Source: an uncultured Desulfospira sp. (GTDB lineage Bacteria; Desulfobacterota; Desulfobacteria; Desulfobacterales; Desulfobacteraceae). From it: a stretch of DNA of 64,000 nucleotides. Below the pieces are notes generated by a model. The model did not search any database and was not told where the DNA came from. It worked only from the letters and a program-made list of their open reading frames with translations. The translations under genes and the position numbers were made by a program. Below are positions 1-9,159 of this stretch, piece after piece. Numbering within the stretch: the stretch's first letter is position 1; each line of letters opens with the position of its first letter. Location of the stretch: assembly GCA_963663165.1 (NCBI GenBank), contig OY760175.1, positions 6,208,001 to 6,272,000 of the forward strand, written 5' to 3'.

Positions 1-95
1 TGCCCCTAAACGGGGACAAGGCCGGGGGGCTGAGATGCCTTTACTAAACATTTTTTAAATGCTACTCTTTTTTAAATCATACAGGTGGGTGCCGG

Positions 96-1643
96 ATGGA
101 AAAAAATAACATTCCAGCAAATCTTGTCAACGAGACCTTTCCGCTGAATATCGCCATTGTGGGCGGGGGCCGGACCTGCCGGTTTTTCCTTGAGCTGATC
201 CATGATGATCCCCTGCCTTTTTTTGATATCAAAATACTGGGGGTGTGTGATAAAAATACCCGGGCCGAGGGGATTCTGCTGGCCCGGAAAATGGGCATAT
301 GCACAACGGACAGCCTCGATGACCTGTTGAATATTGAACATCTTGACAGTGTTCTTGAGCTGACGGGAAAGCAAAGTGTCCTTCTTGAAATTATCCGGCT
401 AAAACCCCGGGGCGTCGGGGTCCTTGAGTACAATATCAGCCGGGTTTTGCGCAACCTTCTCAAAACCCGCCGGCGGCTTGAATCAGCCGAGCAGCGGCTT
501 TCGGCTGAAAAAGATTTTTCCAACCTGCTGATTCACCAGAGTACGGCGGCCATTGTCTTTATCCAGGCGGATTTCACCATTGCCGATGCCAATGAGGCCT
601 ATCTTAAAACGGTGAAAAAGACAAAGGACCAGGTCATTGGCGCCCGCTGCTATGAAATTTCCCACGGGATAAAGGCCCCTTGCTCCAGTGCGTTTCCCGG
701 GGTGAAATGCCCCATGCTTGAGACCTTGAGAACCGGTAAAAATGTGCACGTCATCCATGAACACCCGGGGCCCGACGGACAGCGCCGGTATTGTAACCTG
801 ACCACCTATCCCGTGAAAAACGACGCCGGTGAAATCACCCAGGTGATCGAATTCTGGCGGGATATTACCGATGAGGTTTCAGACCAGTGGAACAAGCGGG
901 TAAAAGAGCTTGAATCCAATATCCAGAAAATGATTCAGGAAGACCGGATGATTTCTTTGGGGAAACTTGCCGCAAGCTGCGCCCATGAAATCAACAACCC
1001 CATCCAGGGCCTTTTGACCTTCTGCGACTATATGCTGGAGATGCTAAAGGACGGACAACCGGACCCGGATCATTTGGTAAAATTCAAAGACCATCTGAAG
1101 CTCATGTCAAGGGAGCTTCAACGGTTGGGAAATATTGTTTCCGGACTGCTCTCCTTTTCCCGGGAGTCCGGCGCAGCACATGCCCATGTGGACTTAAATG
1201 AGGCGTTAAATGCGGTTCTGAGCCTGACGCGCCACAAACTTGAGTTGGGGGACATTATACCTGAAATCAAGCTGTACCCGGCGCCGATCATGCTCGAAGG
1301 GGATATCAACCAGCTTCAGCAATGTTTTTTAAACCTGATTTTCAATGCCATTGAATCCATGCCCGACGGCGGGTCTCTGACAGTGACCTCCCGCATGGAT
1401 AAGGCCGGCAAAAAGGCAAAGGTCATCATCCGGGATACCGGGTACGGGATTCCGGAAAAGTTAAAAGGAAACCTGTTTGATCCTTTTTTTACCACAAAAG
1501 ATGTGGGGCAGGGCACGGGGCTTGGCCTGTCCATTGTCTACGGGGTGGTCAAAAATCACCGGGGAACCATCAAGATTGACAGCCACGAAAATGAAGGGGC
1601 GGCATTCACACTGACTTTCCCAGTGGTCCCTTCCATGATTTGA
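96..1643 (+). CDS. Soluble PAS sensor histidine kinase with N-terminal Rossmann-like domain
   Basis: N-terminal NIAIVGGG; PAS with CYEISH..PC..CP..HEH; H-box AHEINNP; N-box NLIFNA; G-boxes DTGYGI and GTGLGL; no hydrophobic TM segment. Confidence 0.92.
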   Translation: MEKNNIPANLVNETFPLNIAIVGGGRTCRFFLELIHDDPLPFFDIKILGVCDKNTRAEGILLARKMGICTTDSLDDLLNIEHLDSVLELTGKQSVLLEIIRLKPRGVGVLEYNISRVLRNLLKTRRRLESAEQRLSAEKDFSNLLIHQSTAAIVFIQADFTIADANEAYLKTVKKTKDQVIGARCYEISHGIKAPCSSAFPGVKCPMLETLRTGKNVHVIHEHPGPDGQRRYCNLTTYPVKNDAGEITQVIEFWRDITDEVSDQWNKRVKELESNIQKMIQEDRMISLGKLAASCAHEINNPIQGLLTFCDYMLEMLKDGQPDPDHLVKFKDHLKLMSRELQRLGNIVSGLLSFSRESGAAHAHVDLNEALNAVLSLTRHKLELGDIIPEIKLYPAPIMLEGDINQLQQCFLNLIFNAIESMPDGGSLTVTSRMDKAGKKAKVIIRDTGYGIPEKLKGNLFDPFFTTKDVGQGTGLGLSIVYGVVKNHRGTIKIDSHENEGAAFTLTFPVVPSMI

Positions 1644-1665
1644 AAAAAAATACGAGAGGACAGGC

Positions 1666-3012
1666 ATGGAATCTAAAATGAGACTCATGATCGTGGATGA
1701 CGAGCAGATTGTCCGTGAAGCCCTTTTGATCTGGTTTGACAAATACGGCCATGAGGTGGATACGGCCGCATCCGGCCTGCAGGCGTTGGAAAAGCTTGAG
1801 CAAAAGCCGTATCAGCTGTTGTTCGTGGATATTAAAATGCCGGGCATGGACGGCATTGAACTGCTCGAACGGGTAAAAGACCTTTATCCGGACACCATGG
1901 TGGTGATCATCACGGCCTACGGGTCTATTGAAAGTGCGGTCAAGGCCATGCGGGCCGGTGCCAGCGACTACCTGCTCAAACCCTTTAAGCCGGATCAGCT
2001 GTCACTGGTCATGGAGCGGGTGCTTTCCCAGCAGAAAATGGCATGGGATTATCAGTATTTAAAGGGGCATCTCGAACAGATCACCCGGTTTGACAACATC
2101 ATTGGCGAGTCCGGCCCCATGCAGAAGTTATATGCCCTGATCCCTGAAGTGGCCCAAAGCGATTCATCGGTTCTCATCACCGGAGAGACCGGCACCGGAA
2201 AAGAACTGGTGGCCAAAGCCATTCATGCCAAAAGCCAACGGGCCCAAAGCCCCTTTATTGCCATCAACTGCGGGTCCTTTCCCGATGCGCTCATGGAAAG
2301 CGAATTGTTCGGATATAAGAAAGGGGCGTTTACCGGGGCGAACCACTCCAGAAAAGGCTTTTTAGAAGTGGTCTGCGGCGGGACCCTGTTTCTGGATGAG
2401 ATCGGGGATACCAGCACCAAAATGCAGGTGGACCTGCTTAGGGTCCTGGAAGACAAAAAAATTTACAGTGTGGGCAGCAACACCCCGGTAGAGGTGGACT
2501 TTCGCCTGATTTCAGCCACCCGTCAGAATCTTGAAAAACGGATCTCAGCCGGAGCCTTCAGGGAGGATTTTTATTACCGGATCAATGTCATCCGGGTTCA
2601 CCTGCCGCCCCTGCGGGACCGGAAAAGCGACATCGCAGCGTTGGCGGATCATTTTATGGAAAAATACAGCCACGAAACCACCAAACATGTGGACCGGATC
2701 ACGCCGGATGCGGTGGCCCTGTTAAAATCCTATGACTGGCCGGGCAATGTCAGGGAACTTGAAAACGCCATTGAGCGGGCTGTGGTGCTGAGCAAGTCCC
2801 GGACCCTCACCCGGGATGATTTTTCATTTTTAAATCCGGTACCGGCATCGTCACCGGCTGCCCGGACATTAAAGGCCGTACAAAAAGACCATATCCTTAA
2901 GGTCCTTGATGAACAGGACTGGCAGATCACCCGTTCCGCCCAAATCCTTGGCATCAACCGCGTGACCCTCCATAAAATCATTAAACGGGACAAGTTAACA
3001 AAACGCTCATGA
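1666..3012 (+). CDS. Sigma54-dependent response regulator (NtrC family)
   Basis: REC domain; Walker A GETGTGKE; GAFTGA; FLDEIG; WPGNVRELEN; C-terminal Fis HTH. Confidence 0.96.
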   Translation: MESKMRLMIVDDEQIVREALLIWFDKYGHEVDTAASGLQALEKLEQKPYQLLFVDIKMPGMDGIELLERVKDLYPDTMVVIITAYGSIESAVKAMRAGASDYLLKPFKPDQLSLVMERVLSQQKMAWDYQYLKGHLEQITRFDNIIGESGPMQKLYALIPEVAQSDSSVLITGETGTGKELVAKAIHAKSQRAQSPFIAINCGSFPDALMESELFGYKKGAFTGANHSRKGFLEVVCGGTLFLDEIGDTSTKMQVDLLRVLEDKKIYSVGSNTPVEVDFRLISATRQNLEKRISAGAFREDFYYRINVIRVHLPPLRDRKSDIAALADHFMEKYSHETTKHVDRITPDAVALLKSYDWPGNVRELENAIERAVVLSKSRTLTRDDFSFLNPVPASSPAARTLKAVQKDHILKVLDEQDWQITRSAQILGINRVTLHKIIKRDKLTKRS

Positions 3013-3551
3013 AACGGTTGACCGGGGTGGTTCCGCTCGGGGTAGTGCCCCTAGGGGAGGTGCCGGCCTTTGCCGTAAAGGTGATTGCGGCCAATATCAC
3101 GGCCTATTACCAATGGCCGGTGGATATTCTGCCCATGCAGCCTGTTCCCGAATCCGCTTTTGACCCGGCAAGGCTTAAATATGATGCCGGCCGTATCCTT
3201 AACCACCTTGAAACCTCCGATTTTACCGGGTATGCCAAAATTGTTGCCGTCATGTCCCCTGATATGTTTATCCCCATCTTTAACCATGTTTACGGCCAGG
3301 CAATTCAGGGCGGCCGCCTGGCCCTGGTTTCCCTTTTCAGGTTAAACCGGAATGCCAACGGGTCAACCCCGGCGCCGTCCCTTTTTTACGAGAGGGCGGC
3401 CAAGGTCGCCCTCCATGAACTCGGCCATCTGTTTGATTTGTTCCACTGCAATGAAAACCGTTGTCTGATGCACTTTTCAGGGGCCATAGAGGATCTGGAC
3501 AACATTCCGTTTTACCTTTGCCCGGACTGTGAAAGGCGGTTAAGATTTTAA
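3009..3551 (+). CDS. Archaemetzincin-family Zn metalloprotease
   Basis: HELGHLFDLFHC followed by C..CLM and C-terminal CPDC; ATGA overlap with the upstream regulator. Confidence 0.88.
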   Translation: MKRLTGVVPLGVVPLGEVPAFAVKVIAANITAYYQWPVDILPMQPVPESAFDPARLKYDAGRILNHLETSDFTGYAKIVAVMSPDMFIPIFNHVYGQAIQGGRLALVSLFRLNRNANGSTPAPSLFYERAAKVALHELGHLFDLFHCNENRCLMHFSGAIEDLDNIPFYLCPDCERRLRF

Positions 3552-3561
3552 TGGGTTGTCC

Positions 3562-4512
3562 TTACCTTTTTTGACTTCTCAAAAAGGTCCTGGCCAGAAC
3601 GTCCCATCCGATTTCGGGAAACCGGGTGAAGACATCATCTATGGGCTCTCCGCCTGTGGCGGCCAGGTTATGGTATTCAGGCTCAATCAGGCGCAGCAGT
3701 TTCTGGCTTTCCCGGTCCGTCCACGCAAGGCTGTCTTTTCCGTAAAACAACCCCTTGACGTTTTTTTTGGGGCTGTCGGGCTCAAGGATGCACAGCCAGC
3801 CGTCTTGGTATGGATCTTCATGGATGATTTCAGGGGTGTCGGAAGCTTTGGTGTTGACGGCCACCACTGACCCCGTAATGGGTGAAAATGCGGCGGCTTC
3901 CTGGTCTTCCCGGGAGAACAGGATCCCGGCATGATCTTTTTTCAGCTCTGCGCCCAAGGGGGGAAGGCCAATTTGGGTGGGAACACCGAAAAGCCGGACC
4001 AGAAAATCATCAAAACCGATCCTGACCCGGCCCCCGTGTTCAAACCGGGCCCAGGTATGTCCCATGTGATAGTAATACCCGTCGGCCAGAAGGTACCCGG
4101 ATGCTTTTGAACAGGCCGGTCTGGCACCGGGAAGGGCCATATCCTCTTCATCAAGCATCTGGTCATACTCACAATGATAACATTCATAATTCATGGTGCA
4201 GGTCTTCGGCGCATCCACCCGGCCGGTCAGCACATGGCGGCAGGGGTTGTTGGTCCATGTGTACATGTGTTTTAAGTGGCGGGCCCATCCGGAACCGCCC
4301 ACGGAACCGCGCGCGGAACCGCCCAGGACGTCCGCCTCCTTTGCCGGGGCCTGCCTGACCGTCCGCTGCATGGCCTTGTCAAAGGGGCAGGTCATGCAGT
4401 CGTAGACATTGTCGCACAGCCTGAAGTTGACAATACCCGCTTTCATCCAGATGCACTGGTCCTCAACCACCTGGAAGCCTTTAACCCTGGTTTTTTGTTT
4501 TTTTTGCGCCAT
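3562..4512 (-). CDS. Glycine cleavage H-like protein with two N-terminal Cys4 repeats
   Basis: YYHMGHTWA, RIGFDDF, SPITGSVVAVN and DPYQDGW match GcvH; CX12CX5CX2C and CX13CX5CX2C upstream. Confidence 0.85.
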   Translation of the reverse strand: MAQKKQKTRVKGFQVVEDQCIWMKAGIVNFRLCDNVYDCMTCPFDKAMQRTVRQAPAKEADVLGGSARGSVGGSGWARHLKHMYTWTNNPCRHVLTGRVDAPKTCTMNYECYHCEYDQMLDEEDMALPGARPACSKASGYLLADGYYYHMGHTWARFEHGGRVRIGFDDFLVRLFGVPTQIGLPPLGAELKKDHAGILFSREDQEAAAFSPITGSVVAVNTKASDTPEIIHEDPYQDGWLCILEPDSPKKNVKGLFYGKDSLAWTDRESQKLLRLIEPEYHNLAATGGEPIDDVFTRFPEIGWDVLARTFLRSQKR

Positions 4513-4556
4513 AAAGCCCTCCTGATTTGGTGTTTGTTGTGGTTGCCTATTGAAAT

Positions 4557-4572
4557 TGCAAATCCGGGACCA
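4557..4572 (-). promoter_or_regulatory. Sigma54 -24/-12 promoter for the GcvH-like gene
   Basis: Minus strand TGGTCCCGGATTTGCA (GG-N10-GC), 45 bp upstream of the ATG; IHF-like AAACAACAGGTTA at 4614-4626. Confidence 0.65.
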
Positions 4573-4851
4573 GGCGGGGTTATTAGAGGGGAAAAGGTTT
4601 GTATTTATTTAAAAAACAACAGGTTATAGTTTCTTTATGCTTGGCGGATTTAGATGCGCGGTCTGGGGGGCAGCCGGGGAAATGATACAAAAAGCTACAG
4701 TTTTTATCGGTTATTTAAAGAAAAACGCTTAAACGGCCGTGGGTCGGCCGGTTTGGGATGTAGCCAAAAGCTACCTTCAGGAAGTTGCTTTTTTTACAGA
4801 AAAACAAAAGCTGCCGGCCCTCAGCCTTTAACTGCCTGCAGTGCAATGCGA

Positions 4852-4900
4852 ACAGTTAAAGGCTAAAGGCTAACAGCTAAAGGCTAAAAGCTAACAGCTT
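4852..4900. repeat. Heptamer tandem array, family A (AAGGCTA/ACAGCTA x7)
   Basis: acagtta aaggcta aaggcta acagcta aaggcta aaagcta acagctt; short inverted arm cagcctttaactg at 4822-4834. Confidence 0.9.
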
Positions 4901-4903
4901 TAA

Positions 4904-6610
4904 TCAGAGAATGTCCGGATCAACTACAATCAACATCGCATGCCCACCCTGAACATTGGTAATGTTGTCAAATCCTTTCTGGTTGAGCAGCACCTGGGTT
5001 TCATAGGACCTGGCCCCGGTTCCGCAGACCAGGCAGACCGGGCCGTCCTTGGGGATTTCATCCAAACGGTCCAGAAGCTGGGCCGGCGGGATGTTTTTCC
5101 ACTTATCCTTGTATTTGTCCAGGAACTCTTCGGCTTCTTTGGTTTCCCTGACGTCCAGGACCTTGATGCCATCATTTTTAAAGGCTTCAATAAAGTCAAG
5201 GGGATCCATGGGCGCGTTCCGGCCTTCCAGGATATTGTCCATGACGTTGCCCGCGTTGTTGAGCACATCCATGGCTGAGGCAAAGGGCGGGGCATAGGCC
5301 ACCTCAAGGGTGCAGATGTCGTCGGCATCAATTCCGGCAGGCAGAAGGGCCGCCACGGCATCCACCCGGGCCTTGACCGCATCCCCCTGGGACCCCACCG
5401 CTTCAATCCCTAAAATTTTCCGGCTGTTGCGATCGGCAATAAGGTCAATGTACATCTGTTTGGCAGACGGGTAAAAATGGGCCCTGTCCGGCTGGGAGAC
5501 CAGGGCATGGACCGGATCATATCCGGCTGCCTTGGCCTGGACAGCGGTAAGGCCGGCGGTTGCCCCGGCCATTTCAAATACCTTGATGCAGAAAGTGCCC
5601 ACCGTGCCGTCGAATTTTGAGGCCCGGCCATGGATATTGTTGGCAATAATTCTTCCCTGGCGGTTGGCCAGAGAGCCCAAAGGCATGGGCATGTTATCCC
5701 CGCTGACCAGGTTTCGGACCTCGACACAGTCCCCGCCGGCATAGATATCCGGATCCGTGGTCCGCATGCACCGGTCGACCAGAAGGCCGCCGGTTCTGCC
5801 CACGGCAAGGCCGGCTTCCCGGGCAAATTCAGTGTTGGGCCTTACCCCTGCCGAAAGGATCACCATATCGCATTCAATGGTCTGGCCGCCGACTTCAACA
5901 GAGGTCACGCCGGTCTCGGCATCCCCGTTGATTTTGTTCAGCCGCTGGGAGATCATCAGGGATACGCCGCTTTCCTCCAGATGGTTTTCAAGGATTCTGG
6001 AAAGGGTTTTACCTAAGGCCGTGGGCAAAATCTGATCCGCCATTTCAACCAGGGTGGTTTCCACCCCCCACAGATCAGTCAGGGCCTCGGCCATTTCAAT
6101 GCCAATGGCCCCGGCACCCACCACTACGGCCCGTTCCACGCTGCCCTGGGAGATTTTGTCCTTGATGGCCTTTGCCGAATGAAGGTTGGATACGGTAAAC
6201 ACCATGGGAAGGTCTGCCCCGGGAATCGGGGGGGTAATGGGGCTGGCCCCTGAGGCAATGACCAGCTTGTCATAGGCCATGGCCTCTTCTTTGCCGTCGT
6301 CCAGGTGGCGGACCAGAACGGTCTTTTCCTTCCGGTCAATACTGATGGCCTCGACCCGCGGCAGGACCGTTACCCCTTTGTTGGAATTGAAAAATCCAGG
6401 GTCCCGAACGACATGGGAGGAGGTGGAACAAAGGCCTTCAAGGTCTGCAATATCTCCCCCCACATAATAGGGAATGCCGCACCCGCCGTACGAGATAAGG
6501 TTGTCCCGGTCAATTACCGTTATTTCCACTTCCGGATCCAGGCGCCTGAGCCGGCAGGCCACTTTGGGGCCAAGGGCCACGGCGCCGATAATCACCACTT
6601 TTTTGCTCAT
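4904..6610 (-). CDS. FAD-dependent CoA-disulfide/persulfide reductase with C-terminal rhodanese domain (CoADR-RHD/Npsr family)
   Basis: SYGGCGIPY redox Cys; NAD(P) motif GAGAIG; YAPPF; rhodanese loop VCGTGARS. Confidence 0.9.
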   Translation of the reverse strand: MSKKVVIIGAVALGPKVACRLRRLDPEVEITVIDRDNLISYGGCGIPYYVGGDIADLEGLCSTSSHVVRDPGFFNSNKGVTVLPRVEAISIDRKEKTVLVRHLDDGKEEAMAYDKLVIASGASPITPPIPGADLPMVFTVSNLHSAKAIKDKISQGSVERAVVVGAGAIGIEMAEALTDLWGVETTLVEMADQILPTALGKTLSRILENHLEESGVSLMISQRLNKINGDAETGVTSVEVGGQTIECDMVILSAGVRPNTEFAREAGLAVGRTGGLLVDRCMRTTDPDIYAGGDCVEVRNLVSGDNMPMPLGSLANRQGRIIANNIHGRASKFDGTVGTFCIKVFEMAGATAGLTAVQAKAAGYDPVHALVSQPDRAHFYPSAKQMYIDLIADRNSRKILGIEAVGSQGDAVKARVDAVAALLPAGIDADDICTLEVAYAPPFASAMDVLNNAGNVMDNILEGRNAPMDPLDFIEAFKNDGIKVLDVRETKEAEEFLDKYKDKWKNIPPAQLLDRLDEIPKDGPVCLVCGTGARSYETQVLLNQKGFDNITNVQGGHAMLIVVDPDIL

Positions 6611-6630
6611 ATTGTCTCCTGTATGTGAAA

Positions 6631-6685
6631 GCTGGTAGCTGTCAGCAGTGTTTTCTGCCGGCTATCAGCAGTTAGCAGTCGGTCA
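6631..6685. repeat. Degenerate heptamer array (GCTGTCA/GCTATCA/GCAGTTA), complement-type of family A
   Basis: gctggta gctgtca gcagtgt ... gctatca gcagtta gcagtcg. Confidence 0.6.
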
Positions 6686-6878
6686 AACCGAATAGAAAAA
6701 TATACCGTTATCCATGGGAAATTCAAGGAAAAACATAAAAAGAGGGTGTTGAACATGCGCGGATTTCAAACGCCGATAAAGATGTCCCCTGAATTTGGTG
6801 GGATGGTTTTTTGTTTTTAATACGTTGGGTTGACAAAAAACAAGGTTCTATCCTAACTTCTAAAGGTAATAGGAGGCC

Positions 6879-7227
6879 ATGGACATTTAGATCCCAGAGT
6901 GATTCAATTTTTGTGGGAAATGCCTCAATGTCATTAACTTAAGCGTTAATACAAGAAACTGGAAACAAGAGACAAGAGGGTGAAGCGCCGTTGGCGCCCA
7001 TTTTATAACCCCTGCGCGCTATGCCAAATTTCTTAAGTTAATGGCATTGGGAAATGCCTGGCAACAAAAAAAATGACCTGGTTTTCTATCAAATGGGAGG
7101 ACAGGCCCCTGATGGGTATACCGGTTTAAGTAAAAATGTGTATTACTCCCGCAACGTGGACAAAGCCCCGACACAGATTGCCAAAAACCGCTATTCAAAT
7201 ATTCGTCTTAAAAATATTGGTCAATAA
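6879..7227 (+). pseudogene. Small ORF remnant interrupted by a MITE
   Basis: AGGAGG before ATG 6879, which is out of frame. Removing 6926-7049 plus one TSD gives GHLDPRVIQFLWEMP|GNKKNDLVF...KNIGQ*. Confidence 0.5.
6926..7049. mobile_element. 124-bp MITE with 18-bp TIRs and 10-bp TSD (IS4-family-like ends)
   Basis: CAATGTCATTAACTTAAG / CTTAAGTTAATGGCATTG (1 mismatch); TSD GGAAATGCCT at 6916-6925 and 7050-7059. Confidence 0.9.
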
Positions 7228-7242
7228 TAATTAACCAGGTAA

Positions 7243-7669
7243 GTGGAAACGGCGAGGCAAAATTCTGGCTGGAACCTGAAATCGAATTGGCCAGGAACCA
7301 TGGGTAATCCAGGTTGGAATTAAAACAACGCGAAAATATAATAGAGAATGTAACTATTCAGCTAATGCTGAAAACTAAGCAAAACCAGGGTCCGTAACTG
7401 TTCATCAGTGCTTCATATTTGTTTAGTCAGGACTTCGTAGCATACTTTTGCTATGTGAGACGGCCTGAATGAGCGAAGATGTGGCACTGCTGAACAGTTA
7501 CTAGAGAATTATCATGGGCAATTCAAAGCCGATTGGCAAAAACATTTCAGGGGTTGAGGTTACCAACATCTCCACCCATGGAATCTGGCTGTTATCAGGA
7601 GATAAAGAGTTATTTCTTGCTTATGACCATTTCCCCCGGTTCAAGGACGTTTCAATTGGGAAAATAATC
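7243..7669 (+). pseudogene. Truncated second copy of the DUF4160/DUF2442 pair
   Basis: Near-identical to 10543-10809; TTA>TAA nonsense change, both ends missing, MITE inserted. Confidence 0.9.
7350..7501. mobile_element. 152-bp GTAAC-ended MITE, copy 1
   Basis: TIRs GTAACTATTCAGC / GCTGAACAGTTAC; 8-bp TSD TAGAGAAT (7342-7349, 7502-7509); second copy at 41294-41445. Confidence 0.93.
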
Positions 7670-7789
7670 TGTGCTTCTGCTCTAACCCGGGGGGGGGCAG
7701 ATAAAACCGGCCATTTTTGTCTGATTGTTATCTGCCCTGAACCTGAAGAAATTGAGCGGTTTTCTACAAACCTGTTTTGGAGGCGTTTT

Positions 7790-8867
7790 ATGCAGGTATT
7801 TTTAACCGGTGCAACCGGCTTCATCGGCCAGGCTCTGGTACGCATCATGCGCCAACGCAACTGGCAGGTCCGTACCTTGGTCAGGGATCTTGACAGTCCT
7901 GCGTCACATTGGTTGAAGGCACAGGGGTGCCAACTGGTACACGGCGACGTTCTCCAGCCCAAAGGCCTGTCTCAGGCCATGGCCGGCATTGACGTTTTGC
8001 TGCACAACGCAGGCATCTACGAACTGGGGGTAACGCGCGCTGCAGAACTCAGAATGCAGCAGGTAAATGTGCAGGGGACCTCCCATGTGCTGGGCGCCGC
8101 GCTGGAGGCGGGCGTCCCTCGAACCGTGTATGTCTCCACTGTCTGGGCATTGGGGGGATCGAAGCTATCTGAGAAACCGGTGAGCATGCTTGATGAAAAC
8201 GCCCGGCATAGCGGTGTCTACCTTTCTTCCTATGAGCGCAGCAAGGCCGAGGCTCATCTGGTGGCATTGGATTGGCGCAAAAAAGGCCTGCCCATGGTAA
8301 TCGGGATGCCTAACGGTGTCGTCGGCATTAACGATCATGCCACTTTCGGCTACTTTCTTCGACTGTACTTATTGCACAAAATGCCGCCGGTTGCCTGGGG
8401 ACGAAATGTTGTATATTCGCTTGTCGAAGTAAATGCTCTGGCCCAAGGACTTTGCCTGGCAGCGGAAAAAGCACCGGTTGGAGAGGATTACGTATTCTGC
8501 GGCCCCCCCCATAACTTTGGGCGGCCTGTTTGAACAGTGGGGGCGCTATCCTGGCGGAATGGCCCCCCGCCTGTGGCTGCCCAGGTGGTTCATGGGCGCC
8601 ACAATGGCACTTCTCGAACCGATAGAGCGCCGGTTGGGTCTGCCTGCATTTCTCTGTCGCGATGCGGTGAATGTGACACGGGTGCACCTGAGCTATAGTG
8701 CGGCAAAGGCCCGGCGCGAGCTGGGCTGGCAGCATCCGGGTATTGAAGAAATGTGTAAAGCCATCGTACCGGCTGAGCTGGCCTTGATGGCAAGCCGCAC
8801 CGGCCGGCTGAACAAATTACGCCACCAAGCCGTATCAGAAAGCATGACAGCAACAAAAAACAGATGA
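7790..8867 (+). pseudogene. NAD-dependent epimerase/dehydratase (extended SDR), frameshifted at a C8 run
   Basis: GGAGG RBS; MQVFLTGATGFIG; YERSK. Removing one C at 8503-8510 joins the frames as ...FCGPPITLGGLF... Confidence 0.8.
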
Positions 8868-8884
8868 TGGGAGTTTTGATCAAC

Positions 8885-8916
8885 AAAAAAGGGTTTTGGC
8901 CGATCGGCCAAAACCC
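8885..8916 (-). terminator. Intrinsic terminator following the displaced tRNA 3' end
   Basis: Perfect hairpin GGGTTTTGGCCGATCGGCCAAAACCC followed by T6 on the minus strand. Confidence 0.8.
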
Positions 8917-8926
8917 CTGATCTTCG

Positions 8927-8986
8927 TGGTACCGGAGGTCGGACTTGAACCGACAAGGGCTTGCGCCCGGAGGATTTTGAGTCCTC
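8927..8986 (-). repeat. att site: 60-bp duplicate of the tRNA-Leu 3' part
   Basis: Identical to 14823-14882. Confidence 0.97.
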
Positions 8987-9109
8987 AGATAGTCTTTTTT
9001 ACTTTTCTTAATCTGCCTTAATAAGCGTTTATAACCGTTGACTGTAAAGGCTTTTCGTGTGATATTGAGTTTAATCAAATATTATGAAATTTAGCCGTTT
9101 TTAATGTAG

Positions 9110-9130
9110 TTTGGATGCTATTTGGATGCT
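9110..9130. promoter_or_regulatory. Putative integrase arm-type binding direct repeat
   Basis: TTTGGATGCT x2 with 11-bp period, between att and the integrase start. Confidence 0.55.
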
Positions 9131-9159
9131 GGATTTTAACCTGAGGAGGTTTGAATAAA

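Noticed and set aside
4852..4900. CRISPR array (here or at the other short repeats)
   Set aside because: Period of 6-7 nt, no unique spacers and no cas genes
7514..8533. 339-aa ORF that looks like a DUF2442-epimerase fusion
   Set aside because: Chance in-frame read-through from the decayed TA copy; the epimerase has its own RBS and ATG at 7790
8927..8986. Second tRNA-Leu gene
   Set aside because: Lacks the 5' acceptor strand and D-arm; it is the att duplicate
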